The notes beneath the pieces were generated by a model. The model did no database searches. It saw only the letters and a program-made list of their open reading frames with translations, and was not told the DNA's origin. Both the position numbers and the translations under genes were made by a program. A stretch of 64,000 bases of DNA from Mobula hypostoma (lineage: Eukaryota), in contig NC_086108.1 of assembly GCF_963921235.1 (NCBI RefSeq), positions 96,226,001 through 96,290,000 of the forward strand, given 5' to 3'. Positions 50,143 to 62,489 of the stretch are shown here, piece after piece. Positions within the stretch are counted from its first letter, which is position 1; each line of letters begins with the position of its first letter.

Positions 50143-51142
50143 CTGTGACTAGTGGTGTGCCACAGGGATCAGTGCTGGGTCCATTGTTATTTGTCATCTA
50201 TATCAACAATCTGGATGATAATGTGGTAGATTGGATCAGCAAATTTGCTGATGATACGAAGATTGGAGGTGTAGTGGACAGTGAGGAAGGTGTTCAAAGC
50301 TTGCAGAGCGATTTGGACCAGCTGGAAAAATGAGCTGAAAAATGGCAGATGGAGTTTAATACAGACAAGTGTGAGGTATTGCACTTTGGAAGGACAAACC
50401 AAGGTAGAACATACAGGGTAAATGGTGAGGCACTGAGGAGTGCAGTAGAACAGAGGGATCTGGGAATACAGATACAAAATTCCCTAAAAGTGGCGTCACA
50501 GGTAGATAAGGTCGTAAAGAGAGCTTTTGGTACATTGGCCTTTATAAATCAAAGTATTGAGTATTAAGAGTTGGAATGTTATGATGAGGTTGTATAAGGC
50601 ATTGGTGAAGCCGAATTTGGAGTATTGTGTGCAGTTTTGGTCACCAAATTACAGAAAGGATATTAATAAGATTGAAAGAGTGCAGAGGATGTTGCCAGGA
50701 CTTGAGAACCTGAGTAACAGAGAAAGGTTGAGTAGGTTAGGACTTTATTCCATGGAGCGTAGAAGAACGAGGGGAGATTTGATAGAGGTATATAAAATTA
50801 TGATGGGTATAGATAGAGTGAATGCAAGCAGGCTTTTTCCACTGAGGCTAGGGGAGAAAAAAACCAGAGGACATGGGTTAAGGGTAAAGGGGGAAAAGTT
50901 TAAAGGGAACATTGGGGGGACTTCTTCACACAGAGAGTGGTGGGAGTGTGGAATGAGCTGCCAGATGAAGTGGTAAATGCGGGCTCACTTTTAACATTTA
51001 AGAAAAACTTGGACAGGTACATGGATGAGAGGTGTATGGAGGTATATGGTCCAGGTACAGTGGGACTAGGCAGAAAAATGGTTTGGCACAGCCAAGAAGG
51101 GCCAAAAGGCCTGTTTCTGTGCTGTAATGTTCTGTGGTTCTG
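50143..51142 (+). mobile_element. CR1 RT 3' kilobase, lightly disrupted
   Basis: SGVPQGSVLGP...SKFADDTKIGG...KPNLEYCVQFWSP...RGHGLRV. Confidence 0.92.
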
Positions 51143-51204
51143 AGAAAAGATTAAGTATTTGTTTACTGACATGGAAGAAACTTTTTCACTCCTGTACATA
51201 AGAT

Positions 51205-51590
51205 GCTTGAGTGGCAGGGTGGAGATGAGTCTCTATCAAAGGAGGTGTAAGGCACTCCTTGCCACCGCTAGCCTGCAGGTCACCCTTGGGCAAGGTGGAG
51301 CACCTGCTTAGCCCCAAGATCAGGGTAATGTGAAGACGTAGGAGCAGTTGGTGCGTGGTTGTATGAGCAGCTGATACATATCACAAGTCCTGATTGTGTG
51401 ATAATTGATACCAGGCAGACAATCTCTGAAGAATATTGATAATGGCTGGGGTCACCTGTCTTGTAAAGACATTGCCCAGAAGAAGGCAATGGCAAAGTAC
51501 TTCTACAGAAAAAATTGCCAGTTACAGTCATGATCATGGAAAGACCATGATCACCATGTCATACGAAACGGCTCATAATGACCACAACAA
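51205..51590 (+). mobile_element. SINE-like element with RTE-type tail motif
   Basis: agaaggcaatggcaaagtacttct resembles the RTE/BovB-associated GAAGGCAATGGCAAACCACT motif. Confidence 0.45.
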
Positions 51591-53224
51591 CATAAGATGC
51601 AGTTGGTAAAACTTGATTGCTCACCAAAATGATGTTGCTGCTAATAAGTTTTGCTTTGCACCAGATTTAATAGATCAGCTTTGTTTGTCACACGTATATC
51701 AAAACATACAGTGAAGTGTGTTTGTCTGTGTCAAATCTAATCAGTGAGGATTGTGCTGGGTTGAGCCGGCCAAGTGTCCCCACACTACCGGTGCCAATGT
51801 AGCATGCTCACAACTCACTAACCCTAACTGAGCATCTTTGAAACGTGTGAGGAAACCGTAGCATCCGGAGGTCACGGGGAGAAAATACAAACTCCTTACA
51901 GACAGCAGTGGGAGTTGAACCGCAATCTTACAGCTGGCGCTGTGAAGCATTGCCCTGATTAGTGCATATGACAATAAATTTGACTTTGACTTTTAACTAA
52001 GGAGCTAAACTGATGCATATCATGAGGACCAGTAGATGAATTCAGAAGTTTCTTTGACTATGACACAAGCACAACCTTGCATTTATCAAGGATGACAGAT
52101 CTGAAACAGTGAACTCCCCATTAAATTGTGTACTGGGAAATGATAAAGCAGCTGGCAGGTCACATTGTTGACCTTGCTGTTACAAGCCTGTGGGAATAAA
52201 CCCAGGTTTTTCTTAAAGTGTACAACAAATTTAATTTGCTATTTCTTAGAATTAAGACTTGTAGCATCCGTCTTGACGTTAATTTTACAAAGCAGCCGAA
52301 CAATTCTAATTCAGAAATATTCCATAAATTACAGGAGCCAGTCAACCTCCATGAGAGGAAAGCTATTTATTTCTCTCTAAGGGAGAATGACAAAGCTGGT
52401 TATCAGGTCTTTTACTTACAATGCTCAAAGTACCAGAGGTGGCAAATAGCAAAATATGTTACTGTGATGAAGTTGTACTGAACATGCCCTATTTCCTTGA
52501 AAACATCCATTGTAATTTAGCAAAAGATACAACGGCTGTCTGAATCAGTATTATTCATCCCTTGTGGTGGAAACTCACTTCATCGTCATCCCTTACAATT
52601 CACTGAATCCACATGTTTCATTTAACTTGTTTTCCTCCATCTCTCAATGTACGTTATAAATTCTGACCAAAGATCCAAGTGTGTTTATCTCAAAGAACGG
52701 ACATATCCAGCTGCTAAGTATTCAGGTTTACAGTACAGTTTCCATTTATTATTTAGAACCATATTTGAGAATTGCAGCTGATTCAATGTATTAATCATCA
52801 CGTTAGGGATAAGTACATCTATTGTCTGCATTTAGCTTAAGGCTCTCGGTCTTACATTATTGTTTTTCATCTGTTTATAATTGTCAGAATCAATTATTTA
52901 TTATTCCCTAGAGTTTAAAAAATAAAATAACTGCAGTATCACGGTTGCAGACCTTGATATTTTCAACTTCCCCAACTAAAGTCATCTTGACAAAACAAAC
53001 TCAGATTAGACACAAGCAAATGGAAAAGTATCAGTCAGATTTTCTTGGCAGCCAGCTCCAATACTGATTTTTTTTTAAAAAAGCACAGCTATCTGCTGTG
53101 ACCTATACTTGTTTTAGATTAAAAGTTGCAAATTATTTCTACAGAACATCATTTGTGTTACACCCTACCATATTCAATCTGATAAACCTGGCTCTTTGTG
53201 AAACTGAGTTGACTTTTAGTGGAG

Positions 53225-53317
53225 CAATGCACACAAAATGCCGGAGAAATTCAGCAGGCCAGCCAGCATCAATGGAAAAGAGTAGAGTCGACGTTTTGGG
53301 CTGAGACCCTTCATCAG
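53225..53317 (-). mobile_element. Short pLTR-derived element with 14 bp TSD; hammerhead GAAA mutated to AAAA
   Basis: TSD GACTTTTAGTGGAG at 53211-53224 and 53318-53331. Confidence 0.8.
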
Positions 53318-53985
53318 GACTTTTAGTGGAGTGGTTCAGCAATGCATATTCCTGCAGTTATTTGGCAATTTGGAGGACATTTATAGTCTTACTTAAACTT
53401 CCATGCAAGTCATAACTTTATCCCTTTATTGAATGCTACACTGATTTTCATTTCACCAAATGTCGTTAATATTTAAAAAGCAATTATATTCCTAAATAAA
53501 ATACTTATCATAATATTGTATGGGAAAGGGTTGAATTAAGCTACTAATCTGGGATAACAGTAGGGGATTGGGGCCCTGTTCTGATTTTTGCATGAATCTG
53601 TGACAAATTATTTTTTTTAACTTGGCAGTGATACTCAGAGCTGGGAGGCCTTGAAAAGGGATTCTGATACTTTTGAAAAAAACATCTCAAGCAGTGGGGT
53701 CGAAAACAAGAGCTTCTAGGATTTTGAAAATTATTTTTATTCTGGAAAGTTTTAGTATGTACCTAAAAATGAAGGATTTATTTACAGCCGGTTGCGTGAT
53801 TCACAAAACTTGATAATCTTTCACAGAAAAATATTGCTAAATTACTTTAATGTGCATAACAAAAGAGGACATTTTACTTCTATTCACTGGTCAATCTCCT
53901 CACAAATGGAGACTAAATTTGTGTGGCGAGTCTTTGCTTTGTGTGGTGTTTTAGCCAGCTAATTGACGATTGTTTATCTCTGCAG

Positions 53986-54104
53986 GTGAAACAGCTGGAA
54001 GGCAGCAGGTCCCTACATCTCCGCCAGCATCAGAAAATAGCAGCACAGCTCACAGCATTGGCAGCACACAAAGCACTCCCTGTTCGAGCAGCAGCACGCC
54101 CTAA
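53986..54104 (+). CDS. TGFBR3: TGFBR3 last coding exon (cytoplasmic tail)
   Basis: ctgcag|GT GAA...CCC TAA; GETAGRQQVPTSPPASENSSTAHSIGSTQSTPCSSSSTP*. Confidence 0.97.
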
Positions 54105-56396
54105 CCCTGAGGGAAGTAGCTACAAGGAAATGGAGTATAGAGGCAAAGTTCAAAGTGGCTAATTGTTGGTTGGTATCCTGAGGATAGAAGGAAGATCTTC
54201 AGTTGCCTCTTGAAAGCTGATACGTACTTTCAAGACAAAAAAAAATCATCTAAGTTGCTGTATACTTAGGCAAACTGACTTCCCTCGAGCGCATAGTTAC
54301 AAAATACACATATGTGACAAAACTACTAATTACCCTGAATTGGAACTTCCTAACGATTTGAGTTCCTTATGTGAAATTCGTACCAGATTTTTTTCAGTGC
54401 TGCTTAATTTCTAGAATGCGGCCACTTAATTTTAGATATCTTTTATGTAAACGCCAGCAACTTTCTGAATGAGAATGAAAACACCATGTTCTGATTAACC
54501 AAAGATGACAGTTATAACCATTCAGCGTTTCCATCACACATCAGATTTTTTACCAGTTAGATAGATTCCATAGAAACATTGTTTAAAAGCTGTACGAACA
54601 AAACCCTCCCTCTGGGCAATCTGCATTTAAATATGCTGTTAAATATGTTATCGATTTTTAAGAATATTTACAGCTTTGTTAAGAAATCAGTGTTTTAAGC
54701 TAATTGATATAACAGTGAAAACATAGACCAAAGCAGAGCTTTCTGCTGTTTGCTCAAATTATCTGGACAGGTGGGTTTTGAAGATTTGTTTTTGTTCATT
54801 TTCAAGCGTCTTGACAGCAGTTGGTATTACTTTAAGATGGGACTTAAAACACTCTGAATTCCTTTTGTTTTACTTTTTTAAAAATACTTTTTAAAAGCAG
54901 TTGTCCATCAGTGTGATAAAGTTGTCCCATATCATGAATGTTGTATTTTTCAGCAGTTCAGCAGGCTGTGTTGTTCACAGTACTGACTGTTGCATACTGT
55001 ACAGTTGAATGTATTTTATGACATGAATTAATAATGTATACCTTGTATATAAACATTTATAGAGCTCTCCAGAGCAGAGTACAGAGTATATTAGTAACAT
55101 ATAAGCTATATTTTTATTGTATTCTGGATTTTGGTGTAAATGTTGCAAGGGTAGACTTGGTCATCGAATGATAATGGGGATCTAGGCTGAGGTGGGGTCA
55201 GATGGAACAGACTGCACTGGGGTATGGATGTTGCTGGAAATGCCAGCATTTATCATCAACCCCTGATTGCCTGTGAACTGAGGAGGCAGATATGACCCAG
55301 TTGGATTGGTTTGACAGCAGTGAGAATGTCAGGTTTCCTTCCTTGTACGACATTAGTTTGCCTCACACTCCCTCTGAAACTAGCTTTCCCATTTAAAATT
55401 ATAGGATTACTGAACTTACCCTTTATTGTTAAATTTATAAAAATGAAATTCAATTTTATAAAATATATTAACTTTGCTAACTGTGAATTTTTCATTGAAT
55501 TTTGTAATAGATTTCTGCTACTTTGCTTTTTACTCATTCCCCTCAGAATGTCTGTTTGGGTAATAGAAGTTGTTCATTCAGAATCCATACTAATGGACAG
55601 AATTGGAATTGCATTAATTAAGATTCTAGATGCAACCTTAACTTCATTTTTAAGGTGGCCATTGCCAGCTGAAGATACTGTATCAAATATATGCACTTTT
55701 CCAAAGCTGGTAATTGAGCTTGGAAGTATTTTATTGTAGGTACAGCTCCAAAATTAATATTAAAATAATGTCAATTAGTGAAATCTAATGTGCATCCAGT
55801 AACATGTCCTTGTAATGATGCAGGAAAAGAACAAATGATAAAGTTCATCATAACTGAGGCATTTGTTGCTGTCAGTCTTTTTATTAATAAAAAGAGAAAA
55901 TAATGAAGCAGGTTAGACATCGTATCCGGAAAGAGAAATGAAGTTAATATTTCAGGTCAAAAACCCTCCATCAGAATGTTAACTTTGTCTTTCCACAGAT
56001 GTCTTTCTTTGTTTCAGATTTCCAGCATGTGTTTTTGATTTTCAGTTAATTTTTATTTCCCTATTCAGAACATTTCTGAGAGAACAGTAATGAATGGATC
56101 TAATGAGCAAATTAGCACTTTATTCTCTTCTTTCTACAAACCAGGGCAATTTCACAATTTTATAAATTTTTGAAAGTTTATGTTAAATGATACAGGCAAG
56201 TTAAATGGTGTAAAGCTGTGGATCCTAATTACGACCTTTAGAATTCAGCAAGGTTTTAATAATGTTGAGGTTAACAGTTGGAAAGTTCCCAAAAGTGAGG
56301 ATATGCTCAGCATATCAGCTGTTCCACCTATGGGGTTGTGAGCAGACCCTGGGGTAGTCCCAGCCCTTTAAAAAGGTGTAGCTGGGACATCCTCAG

Positions 56397-56400
<4 letters not shown>

Positions 56401-56433
<33 letters not shown>
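56401..56433. repeat. (TG)n microsatellite within the probable 3' UTR
   Basis: About 16 TG units. Confidence 0.95.
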
Positions 56434-56434
<1 letters not shown>

Positions 56435-57406
56435 GGGAGGGGGGAGTATTTGCATTTTACTGAGAATGGATGTGGGACTTTTGTTGAGAAAGGTTAGGAG
56501 TCACTGATGTAAAGTACACAATGACATCATCCATTAATCTTTTTACGTAAAATAAAGTTTTCCCTGGCATGACCTACTGACTACTTTGTAATATTACAGA
56601 TTATCTGGTAGCTTGTTGCTGGGTGGCAATTAAAGTTAGCATCTTTCAGGCTGCTGTCACTGTAGTACTATTTTTTCTTGTTTTTTTTCCATGATTGGAA
56701 AAATACCCTACAGGAATGTTTCTCTTGCCACAATATAAGTTGAAAATATTTGGGAGTTAGCTCACTGCCTGGGAAAAAAAAATGCCCTCCACTTTGCTTC
56801 AAACTGCACATTAATCTGCTTTTTAAATTGTATGTAAAATATTTTGTATAATGGAATTATATGCAGATATAAAAATGCATTTGGGCTAACATTGCAACGA
56901 TGCATAAAAATGAATGTAATTTCCTATGTCTTCTTGCCTTTGTTTTCTCTTTGACTTTTGATCTGTTTTTGGAGAGGATTACTGAAAGAATTGGGAGTAA
57001 TTGGATTGCTTTAAACATTATGGTAGGTTCACTCTAGTGATTCAATGTGAACTTTGGCAGCTCTGTACTTAGAAATTTCAGAGGATATGTACCTTTTGCA
57101 AATTTGGATGTTTGTATAATATATTACTGTTGGAGAAACAATTCAATTGAGATTGTAAATTTTCTGTTCTTCATACTTCATTTGTCTTTCCCTTTAAAAA
57201 TATATCTACCTCACTGTTTTACTTAAAGGAACAAGGCCAGTCCTGCTGGTTGTACTATTTGATTTTGTAAGTATTAGCAGGTGGTGTCTGTACCTACTTA
57301 ATAGGGCTGCGTTCTGCTCATGTCTATTTTTCATATGCTGTTGAAAAGGGATTTATGTGAAAATTTAAAAAATGTTGATCTTTTGTCATACTATATAATT
57401 ATGTTA

Positions 57407-57459
57407 AATAAAGGTGTATATCAATTAATTGAATGTGGAAATTGTCTTTATTAAATAAA
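57407..57459 (+). terminator. Paired polyadenylation signals
   Basis: AATAAA at 57407-57412 and 57454-57459, each within TTAAATAAAGGTG; GT/T-rich sequence downstream. Confidence 0.55.
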
Positions 57460-58384
57460 GGTGCTAGATCCAACAAGGTAATATTTAGATTTTCCAAAGA
57501 GTGAACTGCTGTTTGTTCCAGTCATGATGGTTGCAGTTTCACTTGTATCTCAAGCTGCGATGTGCAAGCAACTGGTCATCCAGTTACAGGACACATACTG
57601 ATGGAGAGACTAGATTATAAGGACACACAGTCCTCTTTTATTGTCATTTAGTAATGCATGCATTAAGAAATGATACAATGTTCCTCCAGAATGATATCAC
57701 AGAAACACAGGACAAACCAAGACTAAAAAATTAACTCATCTTAACTCATCCAGTCAGTCCTCCTCACCAAAACAGCATCCAACCATTCTTTAAACAACTG
57801 TGAGACTGTTCCTCCCCTCTCCTACCCTATTGATGATGTATATAAATGGGGAATTACGTAGAGTTGGAAAGTATTTGGCCCAATTTGACCATGCACGTCA
57901 TAGTTAATCCCAATTGCCTGCATTTCAAGATTCAAGTACATTTAATATTAAAAAATTATACAACCTTGAGATTTGCTTGCTCACAGGCAGCCACAAAGCA
58001 AGAAACCCAAAAGAAACCAATTTTAGAGAAAAAAATAAAAGACCAACACCCGGTGTGCAAGAGAAAGAAAATAAACACAAATCGTGCAAACAACTAAAGC
58101 GAACAACATTCCAAACCAAAATTGACCCCTCAGATCCGAAACCCAGAGTAGGCCCAAAGCCTCGCCTATCAATTCATCATACTAGCAAGAACGGAGCACA
58201 GCAGCCAGGGCATTGCCTCAGCATCATGGAGAGAGGAGTGACCATCGTGGAGAGCAAGCGAAATTGGCTCTTGCCTCAGATCCCAACAACCTGACATTTC
58301 AGTCTGTCTGAGCTGGCGTCTAAATTGACCAATCCTGCTAAACTTGCCTATTCGTGTCCCTGTCTAAATGTCTTTTAACTGGTA

Positions 58385-58690
58385 TTTAGATCAACTTTAT
58401 TTGTGAACTGTACATTGAAATGCATCACTTGCCCCAGTGACCATTGATGTGCTGTAGGCAGACTGCAGATGTAGCTGTGCATCTGGGGTCAACATAACAC
58501 GTCTGCTGCTTACTAAACCTAATCCGTACATTTTTGGAATGTGGGAGGAAACCAGGACACCCAGTAGAAACCCACACAGTCATCGGGATGACATCCAAGC
58601 TCTTTAAGGACAACAATGGGAATTGAGCTCCAATCTTCCAAATACTTTTGCTGTAAAGCATTATGCTAACCATTACACTGCCATGCCATG
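58385..58690 (-). mobile_element. SINE (V-SINE-like head)
   Basis: ggaatgtgggaggaaaccaggacacccagtagaaaccca core; a similar copy lies at ~51670-51960. Confidence 0.65.
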
Positions 58691-59489
58691 TTGTTGTACC
58701 CACTGCAACAACTTCCTCTGGCAGCTGATTTCATATACTCACATTCTGTGTGAAGAAGTTGCCCTTCCTGTCCTATTTAAATATTTTCCCTCGCCTTAAA
58801 TTTCTATGATTCCCTTTCCCCAGGGGAAAAGACAGCATATAATATGCATCCATCTCATCTGTGTTCCTTGTGCTTTTACACATCTCTGTAGAGGTACTTG
58901 ATACAACCTTTAGCCTGAATATTAAGTTGCTTAAACTGTGCAAAACAGAATGTGAGCAATATGAACAGCTGCAGTTCATTTTCATTATGCGGTATTTAGG
59001 GACCCATATAAATCTGACACAGCGGGAAGTTTCAGTGTGGTCAGAAGCAAGTTTACACCCGTGGTTCCTTAAATGGTAAATTACTGATCCTGGCAATCCT
59101 GCAGCCAAAAGGTGTTGAGTATAGCATAGGAACTACTCCACGGAGAGGAAGGAAAACACGAAAGGGGAGAGTCCCTGTGAGTTGCTTTTGAGCACCTTCC
59201 AGCAGATGGTCAGAGTACTGGCATAGAGCTGGAAACTGGTTTCCTTCCTGCCTCCTCACTGTGGAATGCAGCACATTGTAAAGTACCCATAGGAAGAGAA
59301 TGGGGAATAAATTAGCACAGCATTTTAGAACTGTTTTGTATAGCTTCTTTGTTAATTTGGAGCCATGAAAATTCTTTGTTAATATGGAGTCACAAATGAA
59401 GGGCTAATCTACAATGTGCAGAGGCATATAACAAATAACGTTAACGCTGACACAAAAAACATAGACAAAAAGCAAAGGAGGAAGGCATA

Positions 59490-60130
59490 AACACAAGAGA
59501 TTCTGCAGATGCTGGAAATCCAGGGCACCACACTTAAAATGCTAGAGGAACTCAACAGGCCAGGCAGCATCTATTGAATGAACAAACAATCAATGTTTTG
59601 GGCCGAGACCCTTCATCCCAATGGAAGGTCTCAGCTTGAAAAGTGGGAAGCCTAAGCATTTGACAATGAAATGCATTCAGAGAACTTTACACTTTCTGCA
59701 TTGAAACACTGTACGATTGTGAATTGGACCAAATTTTAGATTGTTCACAAGTAAACTAGAATAGAAATTTTGATTTTACTCATAAACAATTTGCAGATCT
59801 TGAGATGTTACTAATACTGATATGTTTCATTGGGAATTAAATCTGAAATGCCGTCATCCATTGTTCATGAAGAGGAGAGGCAGTGTGATTAACCGGACAG
59901 GCAACTCACTGCAGTTGTGCAACTGTTCAGAAATACCAGTCACAAGAGATTCTGCAGATGCTGGAAATCCAGAGGAGCACACAAAGTGCTGGAGGAACTC
60001 AGCAGGTCAGGCAACATCCATGAAGAGGAATAAATAATCTAGTGCTGATGGCCCAAAACGTCCGCTGTTCATTCCTCTCCATGGAGGCTGCCTGACCTGC
60101 TGAGCTCCCCCAGCGCTTTGTACTTGTGAT
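59490..60130. mobile_element. Two pLTR-derived short elements; the second is inverted and has a TSD
   Basis: 59490-59640 and 59940-60129; TSD-like TGTTCAGAA(A/C)TAC at 59924-59936 and 60130-60142. Confidence 0.7.
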
Positions 60131-60474
60131 GTTCAGAACTACTGGACATTAGAGGTCAGTTATCTGGATATTTTCCTTTACCAGAAGATGATCCTGTGCT
60201 TTTAGCATGAAATAATTAGTGAAGGAAGTATTTTTATATGAATTTTCTTGTTCTTGCCACAGAGCTCATGATTGTTGTTTATAATCTACTTTTGTTTTGA
60301 TTGCTCTGTTTTCGTCTGGATCCAGCACACTTCTCTGCAAATCCAATTAATGCATGTTGGCTTGCTGTACTCTACTGATCCCAGAGGCGATTGAGAAAAT
60401 GAGCAACAACTTGTTTGTGTTAATGGATATTGAGAGACTGATGTAGATATGATGATTGGAACATTGCTTCAAGT

Positions 60475-61070
60475 CACGAGACTAAAAGACATAGGAGCGG
60501 AATTAGACAATCTGGCCCATTGAGTCTACTTCACCATTCCATCATGGCTGACTTATCATCCCCGTCAACTCCATTCCCCTGACTTCTCCACAAAATCTTT
60601 AACACCCTTACTAGTCAAGAACCTATTGATCTCTACTTTAAATATGCCCAATGATTTGGCCTCCACAGCAATGAATTCCACAGATTCACCACTCTAGCTG
60701 AAGAAATTACTCCTCATCACTGTTCTAAAGGGACATCCTTGTACTGTGCATCTGTGCCCTCTGGTCTTAGTCTCCCCCTCTATAGGAAACATACTTACCA
60801 CTTCCATTCTATCTAGACCTTTTGATAGGATTCAATGTGATTTCCACCTCCCCCTCCATTCGTCTAAACTTCAGCGAAAACAGACCCAGAGCCATCAAAC
60901 GTTCCTCATACATGAACCCTTTCATTCCCAGGATTGTTCTCATGAACCTCCTCTGGATTCTATCCAATGCCAACACATCCAATCTTAGATATAAAGCCCA
61001 AAACTGCTCACAATATTCCAAGTGTGGTCTGACCAATGCCCCATAAAGCCTCAGCATTACATCCTTGCTA
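60475..61070 (-). mobile_element. CR1 3' portion
   Basis: MLRLYGALVRPHLEYCEQFW...IQRRFMR. Confidence 0.85.
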
Positions 61071-61259
61071 TATTTTGGTCATGATAGGAATGCGATGTGG
61101 TCTAGACTAGTGCTGAAATGGAAAACAGTTTTTCATTAGTTTTGCAGCTTCCTACTCAGAATCTCCAATTTACATCGTATGAGTGATGATCAGAAGTTCT
61201 CTGATGTTAGTGATTAAAGACTGTGTATCACCATGAGCATTTAGTGTCAGATTAAAGCC

Positions 61260-61720
61260 CAAAGTTCAAGTAAATTTATTATCAAAGTACATATATGTCA
61301 TGAAAACAACACTGAGATTCATTTTATTGTGGGCATTCATTCACAGAAGGAATCTACAGAATTAATGAAAAACTACACACAAAGGTGGACAAACAACTAA
61401 TGTGCAAAAGAAGATGAACTATGCAATTATGAAATAAAACAAATACGGTAATAATAAATAAATAAATAAGTAAATAATATTGAGAACATGGGTTGTAGAT
61501 TCCTTGAGAGTGAGTCCATAGGTTGTGGAATCAGTTCAGTGTTGAGGTGACTGAAGTTATCCATGTTGCTTCAGGAACCTGATGCTTGAAGGGTAATAAC
61601 TGTTCCAGAACCAGGTGGTGTGAGTCCTGATGCTCCTGTACCTTCTTCCTAATGGCAGCAGTGAGAAGAGAACACGGCCTGGGTGGTGGGGTGTCATTGA
61701 TAATGGATGGTCATGAAAAG
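61260..61720 (-). mobile_element. Rex1-like LINE 3' end
   Basis: HHPGRVLFSLLPLGRRYRSIRTHT...SYYPS on the minus strand. Confidence 0.7.
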
Positions 61721-62489
61721 TCATGTAGAAGTTTAACAATGCCGTCTAATGTCTGGATAAAAAAAATTATCCTGTTAGTAAAAATCAGGTATGGCTTTCA
61801 TTTATTAATTTGATACATTATTAGTGGCAATAATGTTCTATTTAATGAAAGTAAACTTCACTGGATCAATATCTGCCTTTTGGAAATGTAATACCTATTA
61901 GTTGTGTCAAACAGACCATTGGAGTTGGGAGTTTTCCAGGTCTTTAATCTTCTGCTGCCACTGAGATTGCTTTTAACATTTCATTGCCGAGAAATCGAAC
62001 CTTCACAAACCAGAGCTCAGTTTGATGTGAAATATTATGCACCAAGATTAATCCAACCAAGGTCAGTTATGACTAATATGTTAGTACCAAGGCTGAATAA
62101 GATCCAGAAATAAAATCATTGCACCATGAGTAATCCTGATATTCATCTTTTATGAACTTTACAATAGAAAACTAATTATTTCTGCAGTTATCCTTAAAAC
62201 TGGAACCTCATGGCAAATGTGATGATCCATCTAAGCAAGCTGTTTGATATTTATCAGCACATATGGGGCTCTATAAATCATATTCTTTATCCAGATTCCA
62301 AATTATGAGGCAGCATCTGTTTTCTGACCCGTCATTTCCAGTCCACACCCTGCTTGGTGATTACGTTCTGTGGCACTGCTGTACTGTTGGAGGCCTGCTA
62401 TATCTTTGTCCTTCCAGACCTAGTCCGAGATTATGTCCAGCCATCCTGGATTTCTTATGATTAATCCTAATTTCAGGATCCGTTCCTCC

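Larger units (their letters stand above)
54105..57480 (+). other. TGFBR3: Probable TGFBR3 3' UTR
   Basis: AT-rich and repeat-poor after the stop; AATAAA at 55886, 56551, 57407 and 57454; repeat density returns after ~57620. End position inferred. Confidence 0.6.

Noticed and set aside
53923..54162. 79 aa ORF over the last exon
   Set aside because: Wrong frame; the spliced TGFBR3 frame ends at TAA 54102-54104.
55311..55739. 142 aa ORF in the 3' UTR
   Set aside because: Non-ATG start, low-complexity AT-rich composition, no recognisable homology.
3170..60130. Recurrent ~36 nt motif as a CRISPR-like repeat
   Set aside because: Dispersed on both strands with no regular spacers; explained as the PLE hammerhead in a vertebrate genome.
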